Shown in pieces: positions 8,751 to 18,803 of a DNA stretch of 41,324 bases. Below the pieces are notes generated by a model. That model saw nothing but the letters and a program-made list of their open reading frames with translations. It ran no database searches and had not been told where the DNA came from. Both the position numbers and the translations under genes were made by a program. Within the stretch, counting starts at the first letter, position 1. Every line of letters begins with the position of its first letter. This DNA is from Blastocatellia bacterium (GTDB lineage: Bacteria; Acidobacteriota; Blastocatellia; RBC074). The stretch spans positions 1-41,324 of the forward strand of contig JANMKB010000244.1 in the NCBI GenBank assembly GCA_031371805.1, written 5' to 3'.

Positions 8751-10244
8751 ATGGAAGTCAAAGCAGACGCACGGAAATTTCACGAAATCGAATGTGATGC
8801 GTTGGTGGTCAGTGTCTACGAAGGCGAAAAGCCGGAGGAGAGCAACGCCTTAGCCGAACTGGACAAACGTTCCAACGGAGTCATTACTTCATTGATCGAA
8901 AATGGTGAATTATCAGGGAAAACCGGAGAAATTGTTTACCTGCACAGCCCCGGCGACATCGCGGCAAAGCGTTTGTTATTGCTCGGCGCGGGGAAGCTGG
9001 CGGATTACAATACCGATGTCGTGCGACGTGTGGCGGGAACTGCGGCTCGTTTTCTGCGGGCAAAAAATGTACGCAAATTTGCTTTCTTACGACGCTCACA
9101 AATTCCGCTCGGCGATGCCGTTCAGGCAGGCGTCGAAGGGGCACTGCTCTCACTGTGGGACGCCAATAAATATCACACCAGCGACAAAGAAGAGAAGTTG
9201 ATTGAGCAAATGATTCTGGCTACTGTTGAAGGCGATTCTCAGGAATTATCGCAGGGCGCTGAGCGTGGACAAATTTTAGCCGAAGCCGCCAACTTCGCCC
9301 GCGAAATCGTCAACGAACCAGGCAATTACATGACTCCGACCGAACTTGCTCGTCAGGCGGAAGAGGTTGCGCAAAAATACGGTTTAGAAATTGATGTGCT
9401 TGACGAAGCGCGGATGAAAGAGCTTGGCATGGGGTCTTTGCTGGGCGTTTCACAGGGCAGTGCCGAACCTGCCAAATTAATTGTGCTGACGTATACGCCA
9501 AGCGCCGAGCCGACCTCGAAAGAAACCATCGCCATCGTTGGCAAAGGGGTGACGTTCGACACGGGTGGTATTTCAATTAAGCCAGCGGACAGCATGGAAA
9601 AGATGAAATACGATATGGCTGGCGGCGCGACAACCATTGCGGCGATGCGGGCGATTGCACAACTCAAGCCCTCTATGAATGTTATTGGTATTGTTCCCGC
9701 CGTCGAAAATATGCCGGGCGGACGTGCGCAGCGTCCCGGCGATGTTGTTCGTTCGATGGCTGGTAAAACTATCGAAGTTATCAACACCGATGCTGAAGGT
9801 CGTTTAATTTTGTGCGATGCGCTGACGTATGCGATCCAGCTTGGCGCGACGAAAATTGTAGATTTGGCGACGCTGACCGGAGCCGTTTCTATCGCGCTTG
9901 GCGATGTGTATGTTGCCGCGTTGGGCAACGATCAGGAATGGATAGATGCGGTAATTAACGCAGGCAAAGCTTCGGGCGAAAAGATTTGGCAATTGCCACT
10001 TGACCGTGAATACCGCGATCAAATCAAGAGCGATATTGCCGACATCAAAAATGTTGGCGGTCGCAAAGCCGGGACGATCACTGCCGCATATTTCCTGCGT
10101 GAATTTGTCGGCGATATTCCCTGGGTGCATCTCGACATCGCGGGTACAGCCTGGAATGACAGCAGCAAACCTTATCTTTCAGTTGGGCCGACAGGAATTT
10201 GTGTCCGAACACTCGTGAACCTGGTGAATCAAATGGCGAGCTAA
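8751..10244 (+). CDS. pepA: leucyl aminopeptidase (M17)
   Basis: VGKGVTFDTGGISIKP, MKYDMAGG, NTDAEGRLILCD, ATLTGA, WVHLDIAG. Confidence 0.96.
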   Translation: MEVKADARKFHEIECDALVVSVYEGEKPEESNALAELDKRSNGVITSLIENGELSGKTGEIVYLHSPGDIAAKRLLLLGAGKLADYNTDVVRRVAGTAARFLRAKNVRKFAFLRRSQIPLGDAVQAGVEGALLSLWDANKYHTSDKEEKLIEQMILATVEGDSQELSQGAERGQILAEAANFAREIVNEPGNYMTPTELARQAEEVAQKYGLEIDVLDEARMKELGMGSLLGVSQGSAEPAKLIVLTYTPSAEPTSKETIAIVGKGVTFDTGGISIKPADSMEKMKYDMAGGATTIAAMRAIAQLKPSMNVIGIVPAVENMPGGRAQRPGDVVRSMAGKTIEVINTDAEGRLILCDALTYAIQLGATKIVDLATLTGAVSIALGDVYVAALGNDQEWIDAVINAGKASGEKIWQLPLDREYRDQIKSDIADIKNVGGRKAGTITAAYFLREFVGDIPWVHLDIAGTAWNDSSKPYLSVGPTGICVRTLVNLVNQMAS

Positions 10245-10361
10245 AATATTGCCAGGTGCTTGTAAGTTAGGTGACTACATGGCGCGAAAGAGGAAAATAT
10301 AAAGACTTGGCAATATGAAACAGAGTGAAGTAGGAATCATAAATTTACTTTATAGTGTATT

Positions 10362-11144
10362 TAAGCACCTAAGCAAAAGTAATGCAGTATTTTGAGCCGA
10401 CACCTTTTAAGACCGCAAAAAGGTCTTTCGTTAATTGTGCAAACGACTCACTCGTGCTCAGGGGCAACCATTCGTATTTGATTTTGCGCCACAGGTGTTC
10501 GATCAAATTCAGTTCCGGGCAAGAGGGCGGGAGGTGCATAATGTGCAGGTCGTGCGCCTCTCAGTCTTCCAGGCGGTCGGTAAAATCCGCGCTCCAATGA
10601 ACGGGCGCCTTGTCGCGTACGACCAGCGCCGAGCGCTTGAGTTGACCGCAAATTCGTCCAGACAATAAATAATGGTGTCACTGTCGAGCGACTGTGTGAA
10701 CGCGTAAGAATGAAACTCTTGTTGCAGGCTCCACAAGCCCATCACGTTCTGGCGCGGCCCGTGCGCGGCAGCCAACTCCCAGCACTCGCCGACTTTTTGC
10801 CACGCATACGGGACACTCGGAATGGTCGTGAAACCGGCTTCGTCGCTGTACCACAAATCAAACTCACGTTTGGGCAAAGCGCAATATTGACGCAGGTCGG
10901 CGCGCGTTTGTGTGGCGCCACGAAAGGCTGCTTCGTCCCGGCTCGAACGCCGGCTGCGGCGCCTCCGTTTCCAGGTATAGCCGGCTGCCCGGAGCCAGCG
11001 TTTCAGTGTCTCTTTACTCACGATTTGCCGAAAAGTAGTCGTGATCCAATGTAATCCCTGGCGCAACAAACGTGGCTCTTTAAGCGTTTGCGCAAGGGCT
11101 TGGGACTGTTCTTCCGCGTTCAGTTTTGGCGGTCGCCCACTGCT
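10362..11144 (-). mobile_element. IS630-family element remnant (left end deleted, transposase frameshifted and with an internal stop)
   Basis: SGRPPKL, winged-helix segment, YSDEAGF; then in another frame VVRDKAPVH...ED*EAH...LPPSCPELNLIEHLWRKIKYEWL...KYCITFA*. Right end TAAGCACCTAAGCAAAA at 10362. Confidence 0.88.
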
Positions 11145-11186
11145 CACCTTCTGCTTTATCAATCCTTCCTGTGTGAGGGGCTTCAT
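11144..11186 (-). pseudogene. HEPN-domain gene 5' remnant
   Basis: Restoring one T gives MKPLTQEWIDKAEG, a typical HEPN N-terminus, overlapping the MNT end. Confidence 0.65.
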
Positions 11187-11480
11187 ATAAAACTTTTCCG
11201 CGCTCCATGATTTCCTGCATAAAGCGATCTCCCAGCCGCAAATGTTCGCTCACCTGATCAGACGTTCGCACTAATAAATCAATCGGAGTAAGCGTATTCA
11301 GATATTGGAGAATTTTGATCGCCTGCAGGTGTGCCGTCCTTCGTAATCCATCACCACCAGCAAGTCAATATCGGATTCAGGCCTGGGTGTGCCATCGGCC
11401 TGCGAGCCGAATAAGATGATTTTGTCGGGATGAAAATGCGCGGCAATTTGTTTGCTAAATTGTGCAATGCGCGATGCCAA
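11160..11480 (-). pseudogene. minimal nucleotidyltransferase (MNT antitoxin), frameshifted
   Basis: FHPDKIILFGSQADGTPRPESDIDLLVVM; second frame PIDLLVRT...GDRFMQEIMERGKVLYEA. Confidence 0.85.
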
Positions 11481-11765
11481 AAAGTTTTTGGGGACAGTGG
11501 CGGAAGGGGTGACAGTTGTTGTTGCAGCGGCTCGGTTCAGGGCGAGTGAATTGTACGGGGTTCACGTAGGCGTGTCAAAAAAATAATTTCGTGCTGATAA
11601 GGAGAATTGAGATCGGAGCCGCCTGATTGTGGGGTGATTTTGCCGTCTTGCAATATTGCTTGCCATCGTCTAAACCCGCTGTTATTCTTGCCGTTTATTT
11701 TGCTGTCAAAAATGATGACATGGCTGTGCAGCAAATTTTTCAAACCTTAGTACCAGGCAGGATTT

Positions 11766-13583
11766 ATGACCAACCCTATTCGTAATATCGCAATCGTCGC
11801 GCACGTTGATCACGGCAAAACTACTTTAGTTGATTCAATGCTCAAGCAATCCGGGCTGTTCCGCTCCAACGAAAAAGTTGTCGAGCGCGTAATGGATTCG
11901 ATGGATTTGGAGCGTGAACGCGGCATCACCATTATGGCGAAAAATACTTCGGTGCATTTTGGTGACCTGAAAATTAATATTCTTGATACGCCAGGTCACT
12001 CGGATTTTGGCGGCGAAGTTGAACGCGTATTGACGATGGTGGATGGAATTCTTTTGCTGGTGGACGCTTCAGAAGGCCCGCTCCCGCAAACGCGTTATGT
12101 TTTGTCAAAGGCTTTGGAACTAAAGCTGAAACCAATTGTTGTTATCAACAAAATTGATCGCCAGGATGCGCGCGTAGAAGAAGTCGTCAGCGAAGTCTAC
12201 GACCTGTTTATTGACCTTGACGCGGATGATGACCAGATTGAATTTCCGATTTTGTATGCAATTGCCCGCGACGGCATAGCGAAGCATGAACTGGATCACG
12301 AAAGCGAGACGCTGAAACCACTGTTTGAAGAAATCGTCCGCACGATCCCAGCGCCAATTGGTAACCCAAACGCACCGTTGCAAATCCTGGTGGCGAACCT
12401 GGATTACAGCGAATACGTCGGACGCCTGGCAATCGGACGTATTTTCAATGGCTCCATTGCCATCGGCGATCAGGTCTCAGTCTGTGGCATTGACGGACAA
12501 CTTACAAAAACCAAAGTCACACAGCTTTACGCTTTTGAGGGCTTGAAACAGGCACCGATTGAACGCGCCGAAGCAGGTGAAATCATTGCGCTGGCCGGCA
12601 TCGAAGGCATCAATATTGGCGATACTGTGACCTCGGCAACCGACCCGCGACCGTTGCCGCGCATCCACATTGATGAACCGACGATCTCCATGATTTTCAG
12701 CGTTAACAATTCGCCGTTTGCAGGCAAGGAAGGGAAGTACGTGACTTCGCGGCAAATTCGGGAACGCCTGGATAAAGAATTGCTTGGTAATGTGGCAATC
12801 AAAGTCGAAGACACCGATTCGCCGGAAAAATTCAAAGTTTCAGGCCGCGGTGAATTGCAACTCGCAATTTTGATTGAGCAAATGCGCCGCGAAGGTTTCG
12901 AGCTTAATGTCGCTCGCCCCCAGGTTGTCACGCGCAAAAATGACGAAGGCGGATTGCAGGAACCCATTGAAATGGCAGTGATTGACGTACCTGATCAATT
13001 CATTGGCATCGTCACCGAAGCGATGGGACGCCGCAAAGGGCAGATGACGAAAATGGTCAATCACGGTCACGGTCGGGTGCGGATGGAATTTGAAATTCCT
13101 TCGCGTGGGTTGATCGGTTTCCGCAATGAATTTTTGACCGAAACTAAAGGTACAGGTTTGCTCAACACATTATTCCTGCGCTGGGGAAAATGGCAGGGCG
13201 AGTTGCACGGACGCGGCACAGGCTCGCTGGTTTCGGATCGCACCGGCCCGACAACGGGATACGCAATTTTCAATTTGCAGGAACGCGGCGAATTGTTTGT
13301 GAAACCGCAAGTCGAAGTTTACGAAGGCATGATCGTCGGCGAAAATTCACGTGTCGTTGATTTGGATGTGAATATCGTCCGCGAAAAGAAGCTGACCAAC
13401 ATGCGCGCCTCCAGCGCCGATGAAGCGTTACGACTTGTCCCCGTGCGCGATTTGACCCTGGAACAGGCCATCGAATACATCGCCGAAGATGAACTGGTCG
13501 AAGTCACTCCAAGCTCAATCAGAATGCGCAAGAAAGTATTGCCAGCGAATATGCGCCCGAAATCCAAGAAAGCGGCGGAATAA
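11766..13583 (+). CDS. typA: translational GTPase TypA/BipA
   Basis: [55 protein letters not shown]. Confidence 0.98.
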   Translation: MTNPIRNIAIVAHVDHGKTTLVDSMLKQSGLFRSNEKVVERVMDSMDLERERGITIMAKNTSVHFGDLKINILDTPGHSDFGGEVERVLTMVDGILLLVDASEGPLPQTRYVLSKALELKLKPIVVINKIDRQDARVEEVVSEVYDLFIDLDADDDQIEFPILYAIARDGIAKHELDHESETLKPLFEEIVRTIPAPIGNPNAPLQILVANLDYSEYVGRLAIGRIFNGSIAIGDQVSVCGIDGQLTKTKVTQLYAFEGLKQAPIERAEAGEIIALAGIEGINIGDTVTSATDPRPLPRIHIDEPTISMIFSVNNSPFAGKEGKYVTSRQIRERLDKELLGNVAIKVEDTDSPEKFKVSGRGELQLAILIEQMRREGFELNVARPQVVTRKNDEGGLQEPIEMAVIDVPDQFIGIVTEAMGRRKGQMTKMVNHGHGRVRMEFEIPSRGLIGFRNEFLTETKGTGLLNTLFLRWGKWQGELHGRGTGSLVSDRTGPTTGYAIFNLQERGELFVKPQVEVYEGMIVGENSRVVDLDVNIVREKKLTNMRASSADEALRLVPVRDLTLEQAIEYIAEDELVEVTPSSIRMRKKVLPANMRPKSKKAAE

Positions 13584-13633
13584 TTGTCACTACGCGGTTA
13601 AGAGGCTAAAGTATTCTGAAAGGAGCTAGACTA

Positions 13634-13867
13634 ATGGCGCAAAACTTACTCGTTGAAATTGATCTGCCTGAAAGTCTGAATCAGTTCAAATTGCCTGTTG
13701 GCGTGAATGAGCGATTACAGGATTTACTAGATCGCCAGGATCAAGGCCAGAGCCTCTCGCACAATGAAAGAAAGGAAGCTGAAGGGCTGGTTGATTTGGC
13801 GGAATTTCTTTCATTACTGCGGTTGCGAACTCAAAGAATACAGCGTGAAGGACAGCCTGCCGCATGA
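13634..13867 (+). CDS. small helical protein, putative antitoxin partner of HNH nuclease
   Basis: AAGGAG RBS; ATGA overlap with the HNH gene; RLQDLLDRQD...ERKEAEGLVDLAEFLSLLRLR. Confidence 0.75.
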   Translation: MAQNLLVEIDLPESLNQFKLPVGVNERLQDLLDRQDQGQSLSHNERKEAEGLVDLAEFLSLLRLRTQRIQREGQPAA

Positions 13868-14274
13868 GTTACATTTCGGCATTTCTGCGACGGCTCGCTA
13901 TCCGTAGGGCAAAGAATCGTTGTGAATATTGTCGTTTGTCGCAAGTTGGGCAGGAAGCCACTTTTCATATTGATCATATCATTCCGGTTAATGCTGATGG
14001 GCAAACTATCGCTGACAATTTAGCCTTGGCTTGCGTTTCCTGCTCATTACGGAAAGCCGCCCGTCAAACTGCCATTGATCCACAAACTAATCAGAAAGTT
14101 GCGTTGTTTCACCCACGTCAAGAGCGGTGGACAGATCATTTTTACTGGGAAGGCCCGGAAATTATTGGTCTGACGCCGACAGGCCGAGCAACAATTGCTG
14201 CTTTGGATATGAATCGTAAATTGATCCTGGCAATTCGCGTAGAAGAAATTTTATTGGGACGGCATCCAAACTAA
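13864..14274 (+). CDS. HNH endonuclease
   Basis: RCEYC...FHIDHIIP...DNLALACVSCSLRK, LFHPR..W.DHF.W, GLTPTGRATI..L.MN. Confidence 0.9.
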   Translation: MSYISAFLRRLAIRRAKNRCEYCRLSQVGQEATFHIDHIIPVNADGQTIADNLALACVSCSLRKAARQTAIDPQTNQKVALFHPRQERWTDHFYWEGPEIIGLTPTGRATIAALDMNRKLILAIRVEEILLGRHPN

Positions 14275-14291
14275 ACAAAATTTTTGACAAG

Positions 14292-14395
14292 TAAGTAGGT
14301 CGGCAGAATCATTACGGTATAAAGATTCGCTTTCGGTCAATGAAAACAGGGCAGTCAGATTTCAAAATACCAGAATAGATTTGCCTGGGTACTTA
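14292..14395. mobile_element. 104-bp MITE-like element related to IS630
   Basis: TA-bounded imperfect TIRs TAAGTAGGTCGGCAGA...TTTGCCTGGGTACTTA. The last 34 nt align without gaps to the IS630 right end at 10362-10395. Confidence 0.75.
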
Positions 14396-14421
14396 GGCTT
14401 TACCCAAACGCGAACCCGTGC

Positions 14422-14600
14422 GCATCAACGGCAGATGAAGCGGTGCGCTCAGTGTCCGTGCGCGAACTGACGTTGGAACAAGCAATCGAATATATCGCCG
14501 AAGATGAACTGGTCGAAGTCACTCCAAGCTCAATCAGAATGCGCAAGAAAGTCCTGTCAGGGAATATGCGTCCGAAGTCAAAGAAAGCGGCGGAGTAATT
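14422..14600 (+). repeat. diverged second copy of the typA 3' end (58 codons plus stop, no start)
   Basis: Aligns ungapped to 13407-13585, with a 59-nt identical core (14494-14552 = 13479-13537). Encodes [58 protein letters not shown]. Confidence 0.95.
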
Positions 14601-14689
14601 CTTGTTCTAAAAACAAACCCTGCTGGATGACATAGACAGGTTAGCAGGAGCGTTTAGCTGGAGAAAGTAGAAACTCTGCTGCCATAAAT

Positions 14690-14723
14690 TAGCCCTACAA
14701 AGTCATAAGGCTCTGTAGGGCTA
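14690..14723. terminator. stem-loop, probable terminator between convergent units
   Basis: TAGCCCTACA...TGTAGGGCTA followed by TAATTTTT. Confidence 0.6.
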
Positions 14724-14759
14724 TAATTTTTCCAAAGTGGATTGTGCCTTTACTTTAAG

Positions 14760-15173
14760 TTATTTTGATTTTTTCTCTAATAGAGCATTGATTGCATTGA
14801 GTACATTTGCAGGTAATACTGTTTCTGATACTCCACCATCCTTAAATTTAATAGAGCGATTAACAACAAAAGATTTAGTTAAATCTTCGGTTAATGTCAC
14901 TACCCAGCGCACATTTACATCTTTGTCATAAATAAATATAACGGGGATTGTTTTTTCTTCTAAGGACTCAAAGACTGGAGGTGTCTTTTTAGCTGATTTG
15001 CCTTTGACCAGCTCGTAAGTGTCACCATTAGCTGTGATTATTAGCGTACCCTGTTCAGTGTTTGTAGCCCTAAAAGGAGATTCTATTAAGGTGCTCCAAG
15101 CACCTGTTTTAATCCAGCTATCTTCTATAACTTTTTCATTATCATTATTTTTCTCATCGCTAATATTAATCAT
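14760..15173 (-). CDS. hypothetical protein (AT-rich)
   Basis: 137-aa ORF, 12 bp downstream of the preceding same-strand ORF. Confidence 0.6.
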   Translation of the reverse strand: MINISDEKNNDNEKVIEDSWIKTGAWSTLIESPFRATNTEQGTLIITANGDTYELVKGKSAKKTPPVFESLEEKTIPVIFIYDKDVNVRWVVTLTEDLTKSFVVNRSIKFKDGGVSETVLPANVLNAINALLEKKSK

Positions 15174-15185
15174 TTTTACTTTATT

Positions 15186-15778
15186 TCAATTACCTTTTAC
15201 CTGCCCCCAAGAGGTTATTTGATTGTCGGCAGCTATATAAAGCGCACACTTCCCCTCTTTGTTTATGACAAAATCATAGTTGATCTCAGGGTTAGTTGAT
15301 CTTACTTTACCAGTAACTGTATCAAACAGGTAGGCAGACTGAAGAGGGGTTAACGTTATATACTCAGACTTATCATTAATAAACCCAATATTCATTAAAT
15401 TAGATATTACTTTGCTGTTATGATATTCAGTTGTCTCAAGGTTGCTTATTTTAATCCGGGCCAGTGCATAGGCATTACCGTTAACTTGCAATTTAGAAGA
15501 CAATGAATAAATATAATCTTCTTCAATTTTCCACAGTGGGATAGTTGAGTTGGTGAGAATTGAGACAGGCAAATACCAGTTAGTTTGTTTCGCGTTATTA
15601 GATAAGTCGAATTTTGTCAAGGTACTAAATTGATAGAGGTCATCGGTCTTTACGATCTACAAGTAGTCCTTGCTAACAGTGATGGTAAAATCAGCTTGGT
15701 TAGGTGGTTCTTGCCCTAATACTTGCCAAGCATTTTCATTGATACAAAAGATTAAACATAAAACTATCAAGGTTATTC
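15186..15778 (-). pseudogene. secreted hypothetical protein, 5'-truncated with in-frame stop
   Basis: The frame of ORF 15186-15620 extends upstream through TAG (15657-15659) to a signal-like ITLIVLCLIFCINENAW segment that lacks its start codon. Confidence 0.55.
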
Positions 15779-16761
15779 TAACTCAGAGCATTAGGCGCTA
15801 TTGTAAAGTTTGCGCGGATCTGTGTGTCTGTATTTGAGGCAATCGTATACGTTATTCCAGTGCCACTAATTTGAAGCAGCGGGTTTATGCCAAACCCAAT
15901 TCCGTCAATAACAAATTCTTTGGTGGTTCCTGACTCCCAGGCTGCCGGACTAATAGCGGTTATAGTAGGGGTAGGATCACCAACTGTGAACGCTTGTTGA
16001 TTACTAATTCCGAACATATTGGTGAGAGTTAAGGTTTGTTGTCCTGTTGTGGCGTTACTGGCAAGTGTGTAGTATAAGTTCACTTGCGAGTAACTAACAT
16101 AAACAGGAGTGACAGAAGGATTTCCACCACTGATTTGGGCTTGTGTGGTGCCAAGCATATATTGCCCATAAATCTCTATATAACCGGAACTACCTCGGAC
16201 TGCCCCTGATGGAATAATTCCTTCAATTGCAGGTGGACGCGCGGCATAGCCAACCCCTGTTGTCCCAATATAAATATAACTACTTTGGACGTAGAGAGGG
16301 CCGCTATTAGGTAAGAATTGAAACCCACTGGGGTTTGAATTGCCAGTGGAGCCGAAATTAAAGCCCGCAGGGTTATAGTAACTATACCCATAATCAGGGT
16401 CGTAGTAGGTGTAATAAGCAACGACGTAGTGATCACTTTCCAGCTTATAGCTGGAAGGAATAACTACTGGCGCATGCATGTAGCCGTAAGCTATATTCTG
16501 AGAGCTTCCACTTAAACCGCTTCCTGACCGTATGAGTACCCAAAGCAGTCCTTGTTTCTGGTAAAGATACCCTCCGACATATGCGTCATAATAAAAGTTT
16601 GCATAGTAATCAAGTTCAGTTGCCGAATAAGTGTCAACTGTAACGGGGTTGGGGTTAATTATTGCTGAAACGCCAATCACATATTGCGCCTGAGCTGCTT
16701 ACGTTCCAAGTGAAATAAGCACTGCAATAGAAAATGCAATTGTGAGCCAATAACGAAACAT
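15778..16761 (-). pseudogene. secreted IPT/TIG-repeat protein; stop in signal peptide and 3'-truncated
   Basis: MFRYWLTIAFSIAVLISLGT*AAQAQY (TAA 16699-16701); IPT repeats PPAIEGIIPS..IEIYG and PTITAISP..IDGIGFG; ends abruptly within the second repeat. Confidence 0.7.
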
Positions 16762-16769
16762 CTGAGACT

Positions 16770-17211
16770 ATCGCGCTCTTTCTGCATTTTTATTAACTCC
16801 TATGGAACTTTAGGCAAAGCGTCACGCGAAGGTAATTTTCCATCCGGGAAGTTCTTTCTTTCATTTGCGATAAAGGCTTTTGCCTTGGAATCTTGCAAGG
16901 CGAGTGTGGTTTCAAGTTCAGTAGCAGCTTGATTCAATTTAGTAAATTCCCCATCCGTAAGCCCTAATTTCTTTTGATAATAAACACGGAGCGGTTCGCC
17001 CATCTTCTCCTTGCTTTTTCATCTCATCGGATTTCTTTTCGCAATGATTTACATGGCCTAAGAAATGCCGATACACCAAATGATCGGGAACTGTCGTTGC
17101 GGGGTTAGCGGGCACATTATTGGTATTTACTGGTTTAGTGTTTTGTGCGGCAATGAAAATGCTGAGAACAAAACAGAGGATGATTGAGCTACCTAAGACA
17201 TAAGCTTTCAT
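16770..17211 (-). pseudogene. secreted helical hypothetical protein, frameshifted
   Basis: ORFs 16939-17211 and 16800-17003 join by a frameshift near 17000; reading continues past the TAG (PKVP*ELIKMQKERD). Confidence 0.7.
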
Positions 17212-17342
17212 GAGGTTCCTTTTTCTCTGTCAACTGCTTGACGCTTTGGTAAGGGCGGTGAGTTTGGTATTTTACCGCTGGTTCTTTTGATAATTTGAAC
17301 TACACGCATACGTAGCCCGTCTCAAAAAAGATCGTGATGAAT

Positions 17343-17427
17343 TTCGCCAAAGAACAGGGCAGCGTTCTGTTCCTGGCGAAGACAGTAATTAGTTCAGGTC
17401 TGTACCATAGAAAGTACAGGCAGGACT
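17343..17427. promoter_or_regulatory. two inverted repeats in the divergent promoter region of the XRE gene
   Basis: TTCGCCA..GAACAG/CTGTTC.TGGCGAA and CTGTAC-N8-GTACAG (17400-17419). Confidence 0.4.
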
Positions 17428-17467
17428 TAGCGAAATTGCAAAGAGTTTTTTCAGGAGGTAACTCCTG

Positions 17468-17764
17468 ATGCCTTTAGGGGGACGCGTTAAGCCGGAGCGG
17501 TTGCCAGAAAAGCTATTGCAAATTCGCGTGGCATTGAATTTGTCGCAGACGGATTTGTTGCGGCGGCTGGGGCTGGAGGACGATTATTTTTATACGATCA
17601 TTTCCAAGAATGAGCTTGGCACACGTGAACCGACGTTGCGCGAATTGTTAGGCTATGCGCGGCTGGCAAATGTTTATGTGGAAGTTTTGATGGATGACGA
17701 CCTGGATTTGCCAATGGACATCCCCGTTCTGAAAAAACATGAGGGCAACAGGCGGAAGAAATAA
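17468..17764 (+). CDS. XRE-family HTH transcriptional regulator
   Basis: EKLLQIRVALNLSQTDL...ISKNELGTREPTL..L..YARLANV; AGGAGGT RBS. Confidence 0.85.
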   Translation: MPLGGRVKPERLPEKLLQIRVALNLSQTDLLRRLGLEDDYFYTIISKNELGTREPTLRELLGYARLANVYVEVLMDDDLDLPMDIPVLKKHEGNRRKK

Positions 17765-17774
17765 TCGCCTCAGC

Positions 17775-18707
17775 TTACTTTTGCGTTTTTCCTTTTAATT
17801 CCACGGCGGGGAAATTTTTCAACTGTTGCCACAGAATGAGAACACTCCCATCCTGAGCTTTATCAAGGACTCGGAAAATATAAATGGCGTCGGTTTTTTT
17901 ATAATTGATGGCTCGAACGGCATAGGTCGTAGCGGCCTTTGCTGACATATTTGCCTGGACACGGAAGCTGTCTTTTGTGATTCCTGCCTTTAAAATTTTC
18001 TGCTGATTGTCGAACTCTTTATATTCTTTTGGGGGCTGAAATTCTGATAAATATTTGAGTGCTGGTTGTGCAAGCGTAATGTTTTCGAGCGGAATATTTC
18101 CAAGCTCGGTGAACAATGCGAGGGCATAGCCGGAAGTATAGGCGAAGCTCTGCGCCATTCCGCCGGATGACGCCATAGTCGTTCTTTTCATTTCGGAATA
18201 AGCTGGCTGAAAAGTATTTTCGAGCAACCTGATTTGCGACCATTCATTCGCAATATGATTGCGTTTGGCGAATGAGTAATAGGTTCCGCTGCCGGGAATG
18301 TTGGGAAAGGCAGACTGTGTTCTGACATCATTTACTGCGACCTTATTTTCTTTGTAAGCCAGCAGTTTGATCAGGCCGGTTTCCGGCTGGCGCAGAAAGG
18401 CTGAATATTTATTGCGAATTTCATCCTCTACCGTGAGCAATAATTTTTCTTTAGCTGGCAATTCAGTCTCATTGTTGTAAAGAGCTGCGCGATCATTGTT
18501 GCGCGCTTTTGGGTTGTTGGTTGAAGCCTCTAATTTTTCCTTAACATCTTTGGTTCCTTTTTGTTCTTCTTCGCGGATTTTTCGCTGACTTTCCTCGCGC
18601 GCCATAATGTCACTGACGCTTGGAACCTGTGCCGGACAAAGCATCGGCAAAAGCAAAAGAAGCAGATACGAACTCAATTTTTCAATAAGATTTCGATTGG
18701 GTTTCAT
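17775..18707 (-). CDS. secreted hypothetical protein
   Basis: Long ORF with a signal-like LLLLLLPMLCPAQ after ATG 18707. Confidence 0.75.
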   Translation of the reverse strand: MKPNRNLIEKLSSYLLLLLLPMLCPAQVPSVSDIMAREESQRKIREEEQKGTKDVKEKLEASTNNPKARNNDRAALYNNETELPAKEKLLLTVEDEIRNKYSAFLRQPETGLIKLLAYKENKVAVNDVRTQSAFPNIPGSGTYYSFAKRNHIANEWSQIRLLENTFQPAYSEMKRTTMASSGGMAQSFAYTSGYALALFTELGNIPLENITLAQPALKYLSEFQPPKEYKEFDNQQKILKAGITKDSFRVQANMSAKAATTYAVRAINYKKTDAIYIFRVLDKAQDGSVLILWQQLKNFPAVELKGKTQK

Positions 18708-18803
18708 AACTAATTCCCGTAGCTCTTGATTGAACGAGGCATCTATCGTTTTTGACAGGGTTGACAATAATACGTCATCGGTTCTTCTTTACGCTAGTTC
18801 CTA

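Noticed and set aside
9353-9928. Long antisense or alternate-frame ORFs (e.g. 9353-9928, 12527-12967, 21310-21816, 37746-38354)
   Set aside because: Shadows of well-supported genes with no recognisable motifs.
10200-11760. pepA 3'-end duplication around the IS630/MNT-HEPN insert
   Set aside because: No convincing second copy was found by eye, and the cassette is in the opposite orientation.
15657-16802. Stop-codon recoding suggested by several in-frame stops
   Set aside because: The stops are mixed (TAA, TAG) and occur with frameshifts and deletions; core genes use all three stops normally. Pseudogenisation is simpler.
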